Source: an uncultured cyanobacterium
GTDB lineage: Bacteria; Cyanobacteriota; Cyanobacteriia; Cyanobacteriales; Nostocaceae
Assembly (NCBI GenBank): GCA_963706595.1
Contig: OY970166.1
Span: forward strand, 3,552,001-3,616,000
Reading direction: 5' to 3'
DNA length: 64,000 bases
Position numbers and translations under genes: made by a program. Positions 20,944 through 30,877 of this stretch are shown here, piece after piece. The stretch's first letter is position 1; each line of letters begins with the position of its first letter. Below the pieces are notes generated by a model, which was given only the letters and a program-made list of their open reading frames with translations, made no database searches and had not been told where the DNA came from.

Positions 20944-22192
20944 GTGGCGTGGCAAGCTTAAAATGTTGCATTAGAATTAACGATTTTGTGAGTTTCAAAC
21001 ACTGGGTAAAGATGTTTAAGTTTTATACGAGCATCATCAGTAGTAAAACGCCAAATAACTTTACCTGCGGTGCGGTTACGTTCGTTTTGCCAAGCGGTCA
21101 ATTCTCTAGATAGTTGACAAATACTAGGAATTCGTCGGTCTAGGCACTGTTGGCTTAAAATGCTTAATTCAATTTCGGCAACGTTGAGCCAGCTTCCATT
21201 GCGAGGAGTGTAATAAATCTCCAGTCTCCTAGCCAAGCGGTGAGCTTCTGGTGCGGGAAAAGCTTCGTAAAGTGATGTAATGCTATGAGTGTTGAGGTTG
21301 TCACATAGCAATTTGACCTTGGTGGCTTGGGGATAGTCTTCATCTAATAGTTGACGGACTTCTTCGGCCCAATCAACACGAGTCCGATGAGCGCGATTGC
21401 TGACACGTCGCCAACCTCTGATCGGGTCAAAAAACATGAACAAAGCTTGGACTCCTTCGCGAGTATAGTGATAATCTTCTTTTGCATCTTCACCCGGTTC
21501 CATTGGTTTTGGCTCATAAAGATGCCCTGTTAATTGTCTAGAAGCTTCATCCATACAGATTAAAGGTTCCAAATCACTATGTTCTTGGCTGTAGAGGTCT
21601 AAAACTACTTCCATTTGAGAGACAAAACGTGCTATATCCCGTTCGGGAATACAAAATCTTTCTGTTTTCCAGGGGCGTAATTTGTTTTTTTTAATGTCTT
21701 TCTAATCGTCTCCCTAGAAATTTCTATGATAATTTTTCGGTTTTGAATTTCTTGCGTCAGTAATCTGAGACTCCAGTGTGCTTGCCCCGTGGGAGGTTCA
21801 GAACAACATAATGCAATGATTTGGGCTTCAGTCTGACCATCTATCTTGCTGACATTTGGTGGTTTTAACCTCTGATGACGATTTAAGGCAGGTTCTTCTC
21901 CCTGTTCGAGGAACCTCTTCCTGATTCTTGCCACCGTATTGCGATGAACCCTTAACCCTATACTTATTTCTTCATCTGTCCATTTTTTCCTTGCACCCTC
22001 TCCCTCATCGCACATTAACAACACCTGTGCGTGCAATATTTTTTTGGCTGGGGCCTGTCCGTTGCGAGCGATCGCTTCTAATCTTTTTCTTTTCTCTGTA
22101 TCTAATATGACTTTATCTCTACGACCTCTCCCCATCAATTTCTCCTTTTTTTTCCTCCATTCTAATGCACTATTTTAAGCTTGTCACGCCAG
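20944..22192 (-). mobile_element. IS630-family insertion sequence
   Basis: ~31-bp imperfect TIRs (GTGGCGTGGCAAGCTTAAAAT..TGCATTAG), TA flanks, split transposase. Confidence 0.93.
20958..22138 (-). CDS. IS630 transposase, expressed through a -1 frameshift
   Basis: HTH ORF 21632-22138 and DDE ORF (MDE, CDNLNTH, SWLNVAEIE) are joined at an A8 run (T-run at 21685-21692), giving LKKNKLRPWKTERFCIP. Confidence 0.9.
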
Positions 22193-22194
22193 TA

Positions 22195-22624
22195 GTAGTG
22201 TGGCAAGCTTAAAATAGTGCATTAGGTAAAAAGCAGAAAACATTGATTTATCCCAATTTTCTCAAAAATCTATTGCAACATTTTAGCCTTGCCACGCCAG
22301 TAGTAGCGTGGCAAGCTTAAAATAGTGCATTAGGTAAAAAGCAGAAAACATTGATTTATCTCGATTTTCTCAAAAATCTATTGCAACATTTTAGCCTTGT
22401 CACGCCAGTAGTAGTAGCGTGGCAAGCTTAAAATAGTGCATTAGGAAAAAAGCAGAAAACATAGATTTATCTCGATTTTCTCAAAAATCTATTGCAACAT
22501 TTTAGCCTTGTCACGCCAGTAGCGTGGCAAGCTTAAAATAGTGCATTAGGAAAAAAGCAGAAAACATAGATTTATCTCGATTTTCTCAAAAATCTATTGC
22601 AACATTTTAGCCTTGTCACGCCAG
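22195..22624. repeat. Tandem array of four ~106-bp IS630 MITEs
   Basis: Units start at about 22195, 22303, 22414 and 22519; each carries both IS630 TIRs; junctions are CAG(TAG)n. Confidence 0.92.
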
Positions 22625-23017
22625 TAGTGGTGTGTTATGCCGAAGGCTAACGCACCATCCCAGATTTTCGGTGCGTTAGGACTAAAGTCCATAACGCACC
22701 CTACCTAATCGCCAGGGTGCAAGATATGAGTCATAGCCCCCTCCTCGCTTGCGGGGAGGGGGTTGGGGGTGGGGTTCCATAGCCAATTTTAACGTAGAAC
22801 AGATGGCACACTTGCTCTGTGGGAGGCAATTAGCAGGCAGTTTACCTATATTGACGGATAATCCTGGCTTGTAGATGTGGTCTAGGTCATCTGGGAGGAT
22901 GGGGGATTGCCAATTTGATTAAATCAACCTAACAATGAAGGGAAAAGTGCAAAAAAACTGTTACTTAATAACTAGTGACTTTTTGCCAAACATAATTCTG
23001 ATTGCAGACGAATTGCG

Positions 23018-24592
23018 ATGAATACAGTTAATTTCCCGTGGCTGACGACCATTATTTTGTTACCGATAGCCGCGTCGCTACTGATTCCCATCATCCCAGA
23101 TAAAGACGGCAAAACAGTGCGCTGGTATTCCCTCATTGTGGGGTTAATAGATTTTGCACTAATTGTTTACGCTTTTTCTAATGCTTACGACTTCTCCAAT
23201 CCAGATTTACAGATGGTGGAGAGTTACCCCTGGGTGACTCAACTGGATTTAAATTGGTCAGTAGGGGCTGATGGCTTGTCCATGCCTCTGATTATTTTGA
23301 CTGGGTTTATTTCCACGCTGGCGATTTTAGCAGCTTGGCCTGTAACGTTCAAGCCAAAACTATTTTATTTCTTGATTCTGGCGATGTATGGCGGTCAAAT
23401 TGCCGTGTTCGCTGTTCAAGATATGCTGTTATTTTTCTTGGTGTGGGAACTGGAACTGGTCCCGATTTACTTTCTGCTGTCGATTTGGGGAGGCAAAAAG
23501 CGACAATATGCAGCGACTAAATTTATTTTATACACTGCCGGTGGGTCGCTGTTTATTTTGCTGTCTGCCCTGACAATGGGATTTTACGGCGATACGGTAA
23601 CGTTCGATATGCGCGCGTTGGCTTTGAAGGATTTCGCCCTCAATTTCCAGTTAGCCTTATACGCTGGGTTCCTGATTGCCTATGCAGTCAAGTTGCCGAT
23701 TATTCCCTTGCATACGTGGCTACCAGATGCCCACGGTGAAGCTACAGCCCCCGTGCATATGTTGCTAGCCGGGATTTTGCTGAAAATGGGCGGTTACGCT
23801 TTAATTCGCATGAATGCCCAAATGCTGCCCGATGCTCATGCTTATTTTGCCCCTGTGTTAGTGGTTTTGGGGGTTGTGAATATCATCTACGCCGCCCTGA
23901 CATCTTTCGCCCAGCGCAACCTGAAGCGGAAAATTGCCTACTCCTCAATTTCTCACATGGGGTTTGTCCTGATTGGGATTGCTTCGTTCACCGATTTAGG
24001 ATTGAGTGGCGCAGTTTTACAAATGGTTTCCCACGGATTAATTGGGGCGAGTTTGTTCTTCCTTGTGGGGGCGACTTATGACCGGACACACACCCTGATG
24101 TTAGATGAAATGGGTGGTGTCGGTAAGCGGATGAAAAAGATTTTCGCTATGTTCACTACTTGTTCAATGGCTTCTTTAGCATTGCCAGGAATGAGCGGTT
24201 TCGTAGCAGAATTAATGATCTTTGTCGGCTTTGCCACCAGCGATGCTTATAGCTCCACTTTTAAAGTTATCGTGGTGTTTTTGATGGCTGTTGGAGTAAT
24301 TTTAACTCCAATTTATTTGCTGTCGATGTTGCGGGAAATTTTCTATGGTGAAGAAAACGAAGAATTAGTTTCTCACCAAGCTTTGATTGATGCTGAACCT
24401 CGCGAAGTGTTTATCGTTGCTTGTTTGTTAGTGCCAATTATTAGTATTGGGTTTTATCCCAAGTTACTAACTCAAATGTATGACGCGACAACTGTACAGT
24501 TAACAGCAAGGTTGCGTGATTCTGTGCCGACTTTAGCACAGCAAAAAGAAGTGCCTCAAATTTCTATGAGTGCGCCGGAACTTGTTCGTTAA
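23018..24592 (+). CDS. ndhD1: NAD(P)H-quinone oxidoreductase subunit 4
   Basis: [13 protein letters not shown] and [13 protein letters not shown] motifs; downstream of ndhF1. Confidence 0.96.
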   Translation: MNTVNFPWLTTIILLPIAASLLIPIIPDKDGKTVRWYSLIVGLIDFALIVYAFSNAYDFSNPDLQMVESYPWVTQLDLNWSVGADGLSMPLIILTGFISTLAILAAWPVTFKPKLFYFLILAMYGGQIAVFAVQDMLLFFLVWELELVPIYFLLSIWGGKKRQYAATKFILYTAGGSLFILLSALTMGFYGDTVTFDMRALALKDFALNFQLALYAGFLIAYAVKLPIIPLHTWLPDAHGEATAPVHMLLAGILLKMGGYALIRMNAQMLPDAHAYFAPVLVVLGVVNIIYAALTSFAQRNLKRKIAYSSISHMGFVLIGIASFTDLGLSGAVLQMVSHGLIGASLFFLVGATYDRTHTLMLDEMGGVGKRMKKIFAMFTTCSMASLALPGMSGFVAELMIFVGFATSDAYSSTFKVIVVFLMAVGVILTPIYLLSMLREIFYGEENEELVSHQALIDAEPREVFIVACLLVPIISIGFYPKLLTQMYDATTVQLTARLRDSVPTLAQQKEVPQISMSAPELVR

Positions 24593-24851
24593 GTAACGCT
24601 AGTTTAAATTAATGTTTCTCTTGGGAGTGGGTTTTTTAACCCGCTCTTTTTTTGTTGATTAGCTCAAACTAAAAAAACGTAATACCCAATACCCATATCC
24701 CCGACTTCTTAGAGAAGTCGGGGATCTATATCGTCAACATTTTATGTTTAATCATTACGAAAAAATAATCTACGGACGAATATTCACTATTTGTAGAGGA
24801 ACTGCAACTCAAACCAGATATTTCTGCAAGTAAGTAGTTTTTAGGGTATGT

Positions 24852-24998
24852 TAGAACTTACCCATTGACAGAATATACCAAATATGAGGTATGGGTTTCA
24901 GGCATTTAAACGTGATATAATCTTCATACCCAAAAGCCTGAAACGACGCTATTTCGTTCATACACATAATAGTAAATTTGTACAGTGCGTAAGTCCTA
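24852..24998. mobile_element. Degenerate MITE of the GGACTTACGCA family
   Basis: TAGAACTTACCCATTGACAGAA...TTTGTACAGTGCGTAAGTCCTA. A third decayed relative lies near 63776-63856. Confidence 0.6.
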
Positions 24999-25014
24999 AT
25001 ATGTTGGATGTTTT

Positions 25015-25602
25015 TTAGTTTACTTTGCTTAAGCTGGGTTGAGCTTGTTTTTTATTCTTAGCAACCAACGCTCCCAAAGATAAACCCAATAAACCTAAGA
25101 TGCTACCTGGTTCGGGAACAGGGGTAACATCTGCCCTTGCTATCCCCTGATAAGTTCCACCAGCAGATGTTGACTGATAAAGCGGTCCGAAACCGGGTTG
25201 GAAGGTTAAGATGTTAGCAGCATTTACAAAATCGAGAGACCCTCCGAAGGGTCCACCACCCGAACCGCCGAAGTTGACAAAACGATCGCTACCAATAGTT
25301 GCGATGTTTACAAGAATATTAGCCAATGGCGTTGCAATATTAGTGTTTGTAAAGCTGCTTCCATTATCGAAATTAAAGTCAAAGTCAAAGTTTGCTAAAG
25401 ACGTAAGTGCGACTTGTCCATCTGCAATATCTCCGTCAAAGCTAAAGGTTCCTGTTCCTACGATGGGAGCAGTCACACTGCCATCAAATGTATTATCAAA
25501 TGTAAAATCAAAGGTTAGTGCTTGTGATTTGAGAGGTGTAGCGCCGATCACTGTTACGGCTACTATGCTTGAGGTTAGGGCAATACAGATGTTTTTGTTC
25601 AT
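25015..25602 (-). CDS. PEP-CTERM sorting-domain protein
   Basis: Signal peptide; VPEPGS + TM helix + KNKK. Confidence 0.9.
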   Translation of the reverse strand: MNKNICIALTSSIVAVTVIGATPLKSQALTFDFTFDNTFDGSVTAPIVGTGTFSFDGDIADGQVALTSLANFDFDFNFDNGSSFTNTNIATPLANILVNIATIGSDRFVNFGGSGGGPFGGSLDFVNAANILTFQPGFGPLYQSTSAGGTYQGIARADVTPVPEPGSILGLLGLSLGALVAKNKKQAQPSLSKVN

Positions 25603-25789
25603 TTTGGTGTGCTTTTAATTCACGTCAAGTGATTTGCTGCTTTCAATGTTACTTTACCATTCCGTATGTATTGGAATTATCAAGTGATTGTGAATTTTTA
25701 ATGAAGTTTTGTAGCAGGTATGTAACCTGATAACAAAACCAGACGCTTATGAAATAGAGGCTGAAAACTCTTGCTCGAAAATACTAATT

Positions 25790-26007
25790 TAATTAAATAA
25801 ATCTCACAATTAAGGGAAATTTGCCAAAAAAAACTGTTAGTTATTCACTGTGACTTTTTGCAAAACATGATCTTAATTGCTGACTGAATTGTGATGAATA
25901 TAGCTAATTTTCCGTTGTCAATTTGGGGAGGCAAAAAGCGAGAATACGCAGTGATTATTTTTTTTTATACGCTGTCTGTGGGTCGTTGTTTATTTTGCTG
26001 TCTGCCC
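25790..26007 (+). pseudogene. Degenerate, internally deleted copy of the ndhD1 upstream region and 5' end
   Basis: 25790-25917 aligns by eye to 22917-23041; 25917-26007 aligns to about 23478-23570 (TTTGGGGAGGCAAAAAGCGA...TGTTTATTTTGCTGTCTGCCC). Confidence 0.85.
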
Positions 26008-26100
26008 AGGCAGGATAATTCATAGTTTGGGTGCAATGCCCGTATTATATAAGCTATGTCATAGCCCCTCCTCGCACCCCCCTCAATCCCCCCGCAACGG

Positions 26101-26284
26101 CAGGGCTGTTTCATTCCCTCAAAGGCTTATTATGTCAAGGGATATTTAAAGCGATCGCTCTAAATATCCTGAGAAAAATTTGAATTTTTTGGATTGAAAT
26201 GTAGGTTTTCCATGACTTCTGTCCCAAAAATTATCCCTAATGATATTGACAAATCCTCCCTCCTGATGGAATGAAACAGCCCTG
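26101..26284. mobile_element. MITE with CAGGGCTGTTTCATTCC TIRs (ISAs1-like ends)
   Basis: Perfect 17-bp TIRs; 10-bp TSD CCCGCAACGG (26091-26100 and 26285-26294). Confidence 0.9.
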
Positions 26285-26388
26285 CCCGCAACGGGGGGAA
26301 GAAAAGGATAAACCTTTGATATGGGAGGGGGTTGGGGTGGGGTTCAAGTACCTACTAAAGTAGAAAACGCGTTCGCTGTTCTTTTTTA

Positions 26389-26628
26389 TTACATTTTCCC
26401 GTGCTGCATTACCTGTTGCAGATGGTGGCGAACTTCTTGGGCTTGTTCTACTTCCGATTGTCGCAATTTTTGAAATAATTCTACACAGGGCTGAGAGTTA
26501 ATTTCCTGTGCATCTTTGATATAGCAATCATAAGCCTTTACTGCTTCCGCTTTATTGTGCAGCACAGTGATAAAGTCATACTCTAGGTTGCTAATTGGTT
26601 GTTGTGATTGTCCGTTACCTGTAGCCAT
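26389..26628 (-). CDS. Small conserved helical (ferritin-like half) protein
   Basis: 79 aa with a GGAG RBS; NLEYD...KAEAVKAYDCYIKDA pattern. Confidence 0.7.
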   Translation of the reverse strand: MATGNGQSQQPISNLEYDFITVLHNKAEAVKAYDCYIKDAQEINSQPCVELFQKLRQSEVEQAQEVRHHLQQVMQHGKM

Positions 26629-26908
26629 AATTTTATTCTCCTTGAGGTGACTAATTAATTTTTACTCATCCTCAAAGTTTTATTCATCTCTCCAAAAGCG
26701 TAGGAAAAGATACGCCTAAAAGAACTTTTACACGGTGTTTTAAACTTTCTGGTTTTTGGATAATCTCTACCACCTAGCAGATGCGTCAAAGCCTTTTTAC
26801 TGGTAAATTTTGGCTATAGATATAAGTAATTTGGCTAAAGCCGCTACATCTGTGGTCGATGATTTTTTCAGCTAAAAGCAATAGATTTTCGTCATATTGA
26901 TGCTAATC

Positions 26909-27418
26909 CTAGAATCCATGCTCATCTTGCCTTTCTATACCTTCTAAATGGGTAATAGGGCAAAATTTTGTGTTAGCACTCATGCAATCCATGTGTGGGA
27001 TTTTGGCACATACAAGTAGTAGAGTAGCCAAAACAAGTAGCAAACCACAAATTGCTGCTGTTTGAATCCAAGAAGTCTCCAATACTCCGTGAACTACTAC
27101 TTCCCGTAAGAGTGAGACAATAGTGACTTCAACTGCTACCCCCACTGAAATACTATGTTCTTGCAAGTAGACCATGAGTAGCCGAAATAATTCGACTAAA
27201 ATTAACACAAATAATACTTTAGCTGTCACAAGTTTATAATCTAGTGACTGCACGATGTCCATAAATATACCCCACAACTGGATCAGCATGACGGCGAACA
27301 AACCCAAACACAAGACAATCACAATCAAGTCTTGGAAAGCTTCCATGTTGCGAACAATTGTGTGTCTATCCAGCCAGCGATCGCAAAATAAAAATCTACT
27401 CTTGGAGCGCTTGTACAT
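26909..27418 (-). CDS. PsiE-family membrane protein
   Basis: LILVELFRLL...EVTIVSLLREVV; four TM helices. Confidence 0.8.
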   Translation of the reverse strand: MYKRSKSRFLFCDRWLDRHTIVRNMEAFQDLIVIVLCLGLFAVMLIQLWGIFMDIVQSLDYKLVTAKVLFVLILVELFRLLMVYLQEHSISVGVAVEVTIVSLLREVVVHGVLETSWIQTAAICGLLLVLATLLLVCAKIPHMDCMSANTKFCPITHLEGIERQDEHGF

Positions 27419-27508
27419 TTACTTTTCTATTTCCATTTGGTCAAGTTCAGACCACACCAGTTAGTCTACCCATTAATCTCATATTACGTAAGTTTAAGTG
27501 ATTACGCC

Positions 27509-28423
27509 TCAGCGAGGTTGGTAATTTAAATTTTGTGCTTGTTGCCACAATTTTTCGGCATTATTCGCCCATTGGGGATTACCTTGAACATTATATAAAT
27601 CTTTGGCATATTGTAATACTTGTGCTGCTTCTGCATATTGCTTTTGCTGCATAAAAACTAACCCAGCAGCATAATAAGCATGGGGATAATTAGAATTAGC
27701 TTCGGCTGATTTTCTAAAAGCTTCTAATGCTTCTTGTAGTTTGCCTTGATTAAACCAAATCTTGCCAAGATTATAGTGCGCTTCAGGATATTTAGGATTA
27801 ATTTTAATGGCTTGAACAAAAGCATCTCTGGCTTGATTAACTTGACCTTGCTGGAGATAAGACATTCCTAGATGATAAGGAGGTTCTGGAGCATTTTTAC
27901 TATACTGTATCGCTTTTTTAAAAGATGCGATCGCTCGCTCCCAATCTTGCTGCTGCTGTCGGACTAATCCTAAGTTATAGTGAGCAAAACCTAGCTTGGG
28001 GTCGAGTTCTATGGCTCGTTCTAAGTAATCACTTGCTTGCTGTAAATTACTTCCTTCTAATAATGCTCCACCTAAATTAGCAAAGGCTGGAGCAAACTTA
28101 GGGTCAGCTTGTGTTGCTTGATAAAAGGCATCAGCAGCCGGCTTTAATTTTCCTGTTTGCCGCAGTGCTAAACCTAAATTATAATGTGCTGCTGCCAAAT
28201 TTGGATCTAGGTTAGTTGCTTGTTGAAAAGCCGCGATCGCATCTGGGATTTTTCCCGCCTGAATTGCCTGTAACCCTTGGTTTAAAAAAGTTGTGGCTAT
28301 TGGCAAACTATATTGTGCTAGTAAAGGTTTGGGGTAACTGGGTGATGAAAAAAGCATACTCTCACCCAGCATTAATAAACTCACTATCCCGACAATTTGA
28401 TATTTATAAAATGATAATCCCAT
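27509..28423 (-). CDS. Secreted tetratricopeptide-repeat protein
   Basis: Repeated AHYNLG...AI..DP motifs; N-terminal hydrophobic segment. Confidence 0.9.
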   Translation of the reverse strand: MGLSFYKYQIVGIVSLLMLGESMLFSSPSYPKPLLAQYSLPIATTFLNQGLQAIQAGKIPDAIAAFQQATNLDPNLAAAHYNLGLALRQTGKLKPAADAFYQATQADPKFAPAFANLGGALLEGSNLQQASDYLERAIELDPKLGFAHYNLGLVRQQQQDWERAIASFKKAIQYSKNAPEPPYHLGMSYLQQGQVNQARDAFVQAIKINPKYPEAHYNLGKIWFNQGKLQEALEAFRKSAEANSNYPHAYYAAGLVFMQQKQYAEAAQVLQYAKDLYNVQGNPQWANNAEKLWQQAQNLNYQPR

Positions 28424-28798
28424 AGATTTTTTAACTTGAAACAGTTTTAGTTACGTTGACAGCATTAAATATTTGCTAATTCCATTTGCATGATATATTT
28501 ACGAAATATTACACAATTTTATTTTAACACTGGATAATATATAAACTGATTTAAGATTCTTTACGGTTGCAATCGCTTACCCTCTACATTGGTTCCTGAC
28601 ACCAGAAATCAATGCAGTTCCAGGTATTCAAGCATCAGTAAGTTGAGATTTATGTAATCTCTCTGCCCTGTGATTAAAAGTGCAGGGCTATTTCCCCAGG
28701 ATAATTTCATTAGATATATAAATGATCAATCTACCACCGTCCTGTTTAGTTTTTGCATTTTTTACTTCCAGCGTTTGATTTACCATCTATACAACAAT

Positions 28799-30043
28799 AT
28801 GTTTAATAAAATTCGCCGTCTTTGGAGCCAATTTTTTAGCAAATCTGGAAAGATCAATAATCAACCACTGAATAAAGTGAGTTTAGTGGTTCTGATTGCG
28901 ATTGATATTTTTATATTGGTCAATGTGTTTACGGGATTGGATGACATTAGCAGATGGTATATTAGCCCATCACAGGCTGAACCGTGTTATTCTCAGTGGC
29001 AAAATTACAGGACTCAAACTAATACAGATAAAGATTTTGAGATTATCAAAAATTCATTCTTTGGTATAAACAGTCCACTGAGTCAAGAGGAAACTTACCA
29101 ACAAATCGAAGAAAGACATCTGGGTAAGGTTTCTCAAACTTGCTTCCAGTATGCAAAATATCAACAGCAAATTAATATCCCCCCAAACCAGCAAATTATC
29201 CAAAATATTGAGCAGAAGCAAATACAGCTTAGTCAGTTTGAACAAAAAAATAACAATATTCGCGCTCAATATGACTCCACACTTTTAGAAAAAATTGCAG
29301 GTCAGTCGCGTGAACAATCGATTAATCTAGTCGGTGCGGAAAAGGCTAAACAAGAGTTAGACCAAAATAATCGCAGAATTTCTACACTCAAACAGGAAAT
29401 TACTAATTTAAAAAATCAATTAGTTACAAAGCCAGAAAGCATTAATTTTTTAGGCTTTCTTCAAGAGGATAGTAACTTTAATCAAGTTCAAGAAAATTAT
29501 CAGCAAGCATCATTTTGGTATCCCAGTATTCAACTGGGTTTTCAGTCTTTGTTTCTTGTACCACTGATTCTTGTCGCCTTATTAGTTCATAACTTTGCCC
29601 AACGCCGAGAATATGGACTCATTGCGCTGATTAGTTGGCATTTGCTGGTGATATTTTTTCTGCCGCTGATCCTGAAAATCTTTGAATTTCTGCAAATTGG
29701 CGTATTATTTACATTTACCTTTGATTTCCTTAGCACTCTTTTGGGTGGTTTACTGTTCCTCATCAGTTATGTTTATATCTTGCTGATTCCAGTGATTGGT
29801 TTTGGAATTATCCAGCTTTTCCAAAAAGTGGTCTTGAATACTAAAGCACAGGCAGTGAGGAGAGTTCAAGACTCACGCTGTATCAACTGCGCTAAAAAAA
29901 TTCGCCAACATGATACATACTGCCCGCATTGTGGGTACTATCAATATGTTGAATGCCCAAACTGCCATAATCTTACTTACAAGTATTTGTCCCACTGTCA
30001 TCATTGTGGCGCTAGCCAAGATTCCAGTCACAATCACGGCTAA
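28799..30043 (+). CDS. Membrane protein with a coiled-coil loop and C-terminal double zinc ribbon
   Basis: TM segments; four C-terminal CxxC pairs. Start placed at MFNKIRR. Confidence 0.8.
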   Translation: MFNKIRRLWSQFFSKSGKINNQPLNKVSLVVLIAIDIFILVNVFTGLDDISRWYISPSQAEPCYSQWQNYRTQTNTDKDFEIIKNSFFGINSPLSQEETYQQIEERHLGKVSQTCFQYAKYQQQINIPPNQQIIQNIEQKQIQLSQFEQKNNNIRAQYDSTLLEKIAGQSREQSINLVGAEKAKQELDQNNRRISTLKQEITNLKNQLVTKPESINFLGFLQEDSNFNQVQENYQQASFWYPSIQLGFQSLFLVPLILVALLVHNFAQRREYGLIALISWHLLVIFFLPLILKIFEFLQIGVLFTFTFDFLSTLLGGLLFLISYVYILLIPVIGFGIIQLFQKVVLNTKAQAVRRVQDSRCINCAKKIRQHDTYCPHCGYYQYVECPNCHNLTYKYLSHCHHCGASQDSSHNHG

Positions 30044-30051
30044 TTTGGTAT

Positions 30052-30112
30052 GGCGATCGCCTACTGCACTGCGCGCTCCGCGCCATCGCCTACGACTCGG
30101 CTTTGCCCATCG
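30052..30112. repeat. Small dispersed repeats stacked at a HIP1 site
   Basis: GCGATCGC-CTAC...GCCATCGC-CTAC...CCCATCGC. Confidence 0.55.
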
Positions 30113-30877
30113 CTACATCTGCTTTTTAGTCATTCAAGCATATTCAAGGACTGTCAGCTTTCATACCATGCCTCAAGCCCAAATAGCTCAACTACATTGA
30201 TGTTTCTCCGTGGTCTTCAGCTTTTTGCAGATCAATTGAGCTATGTAAAATAGTGTAAATTAATGTTAAATTAATTAAATTAGGTCGTAGTAAAAGCTAA
30301 TTTTCGACTATGAAGCTGGAATTTTTGACAAATTATCATTTTTAGGATGTTAGACACACAATTTTGGTTTATTGTCAAGCAAATTACTAGTGTCTGCGAA
30401 ATTGCCCCTAGTGATCGTCTTGGCAAGAATGACGGGTAAATTATGGAGAAGTGGGGAAATTTTAGTTCATCAGTAGAAGCGATCGCCTGTCGAATTGGCT
30501 TGATTATGTCTGGCCAGTGCCAACCCCAATAACTTAAAGATGCCAATCTAGTTGTCTGAGTAACGAATTAAATTCTGAATTGGCAAACTTTTTGCGTTTT
30601 ATACTATACTTTTGCCCTTATTGAAATATTATTTATTGTAAGATCACTTACTCTATCATCCCTGATGTAAATAAAATTTACCTACAAGTGTTAGTGCAAC
30701 AGATGTAATGGGAAAACTGAATGTACGACTTATTGTAAGTAAATATTTTGACGCTCAACACTCATGTAGCTAAATAACCCTATTACTCGAAATGCTCTGC
30801 TCTGATCTGAGGATGAAACATTCCCACCTGATTCGATTATTCTTTATCCGACTGCCGTTGCTGCAGGAAAGCAGTGC

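Noticed and set aside
21685..21692. IS630 transposase as a pseudogene
   Set aside because: The break falls on an A8 slippery run typical of programmed frameshifting in IS630.
22195..22624. CRISPR array
   Set aside because: The sequences between the repeats are near-identical rather than unique spacers, the repeats equal the IS630 TIRs, and there are no cas genes in the window.
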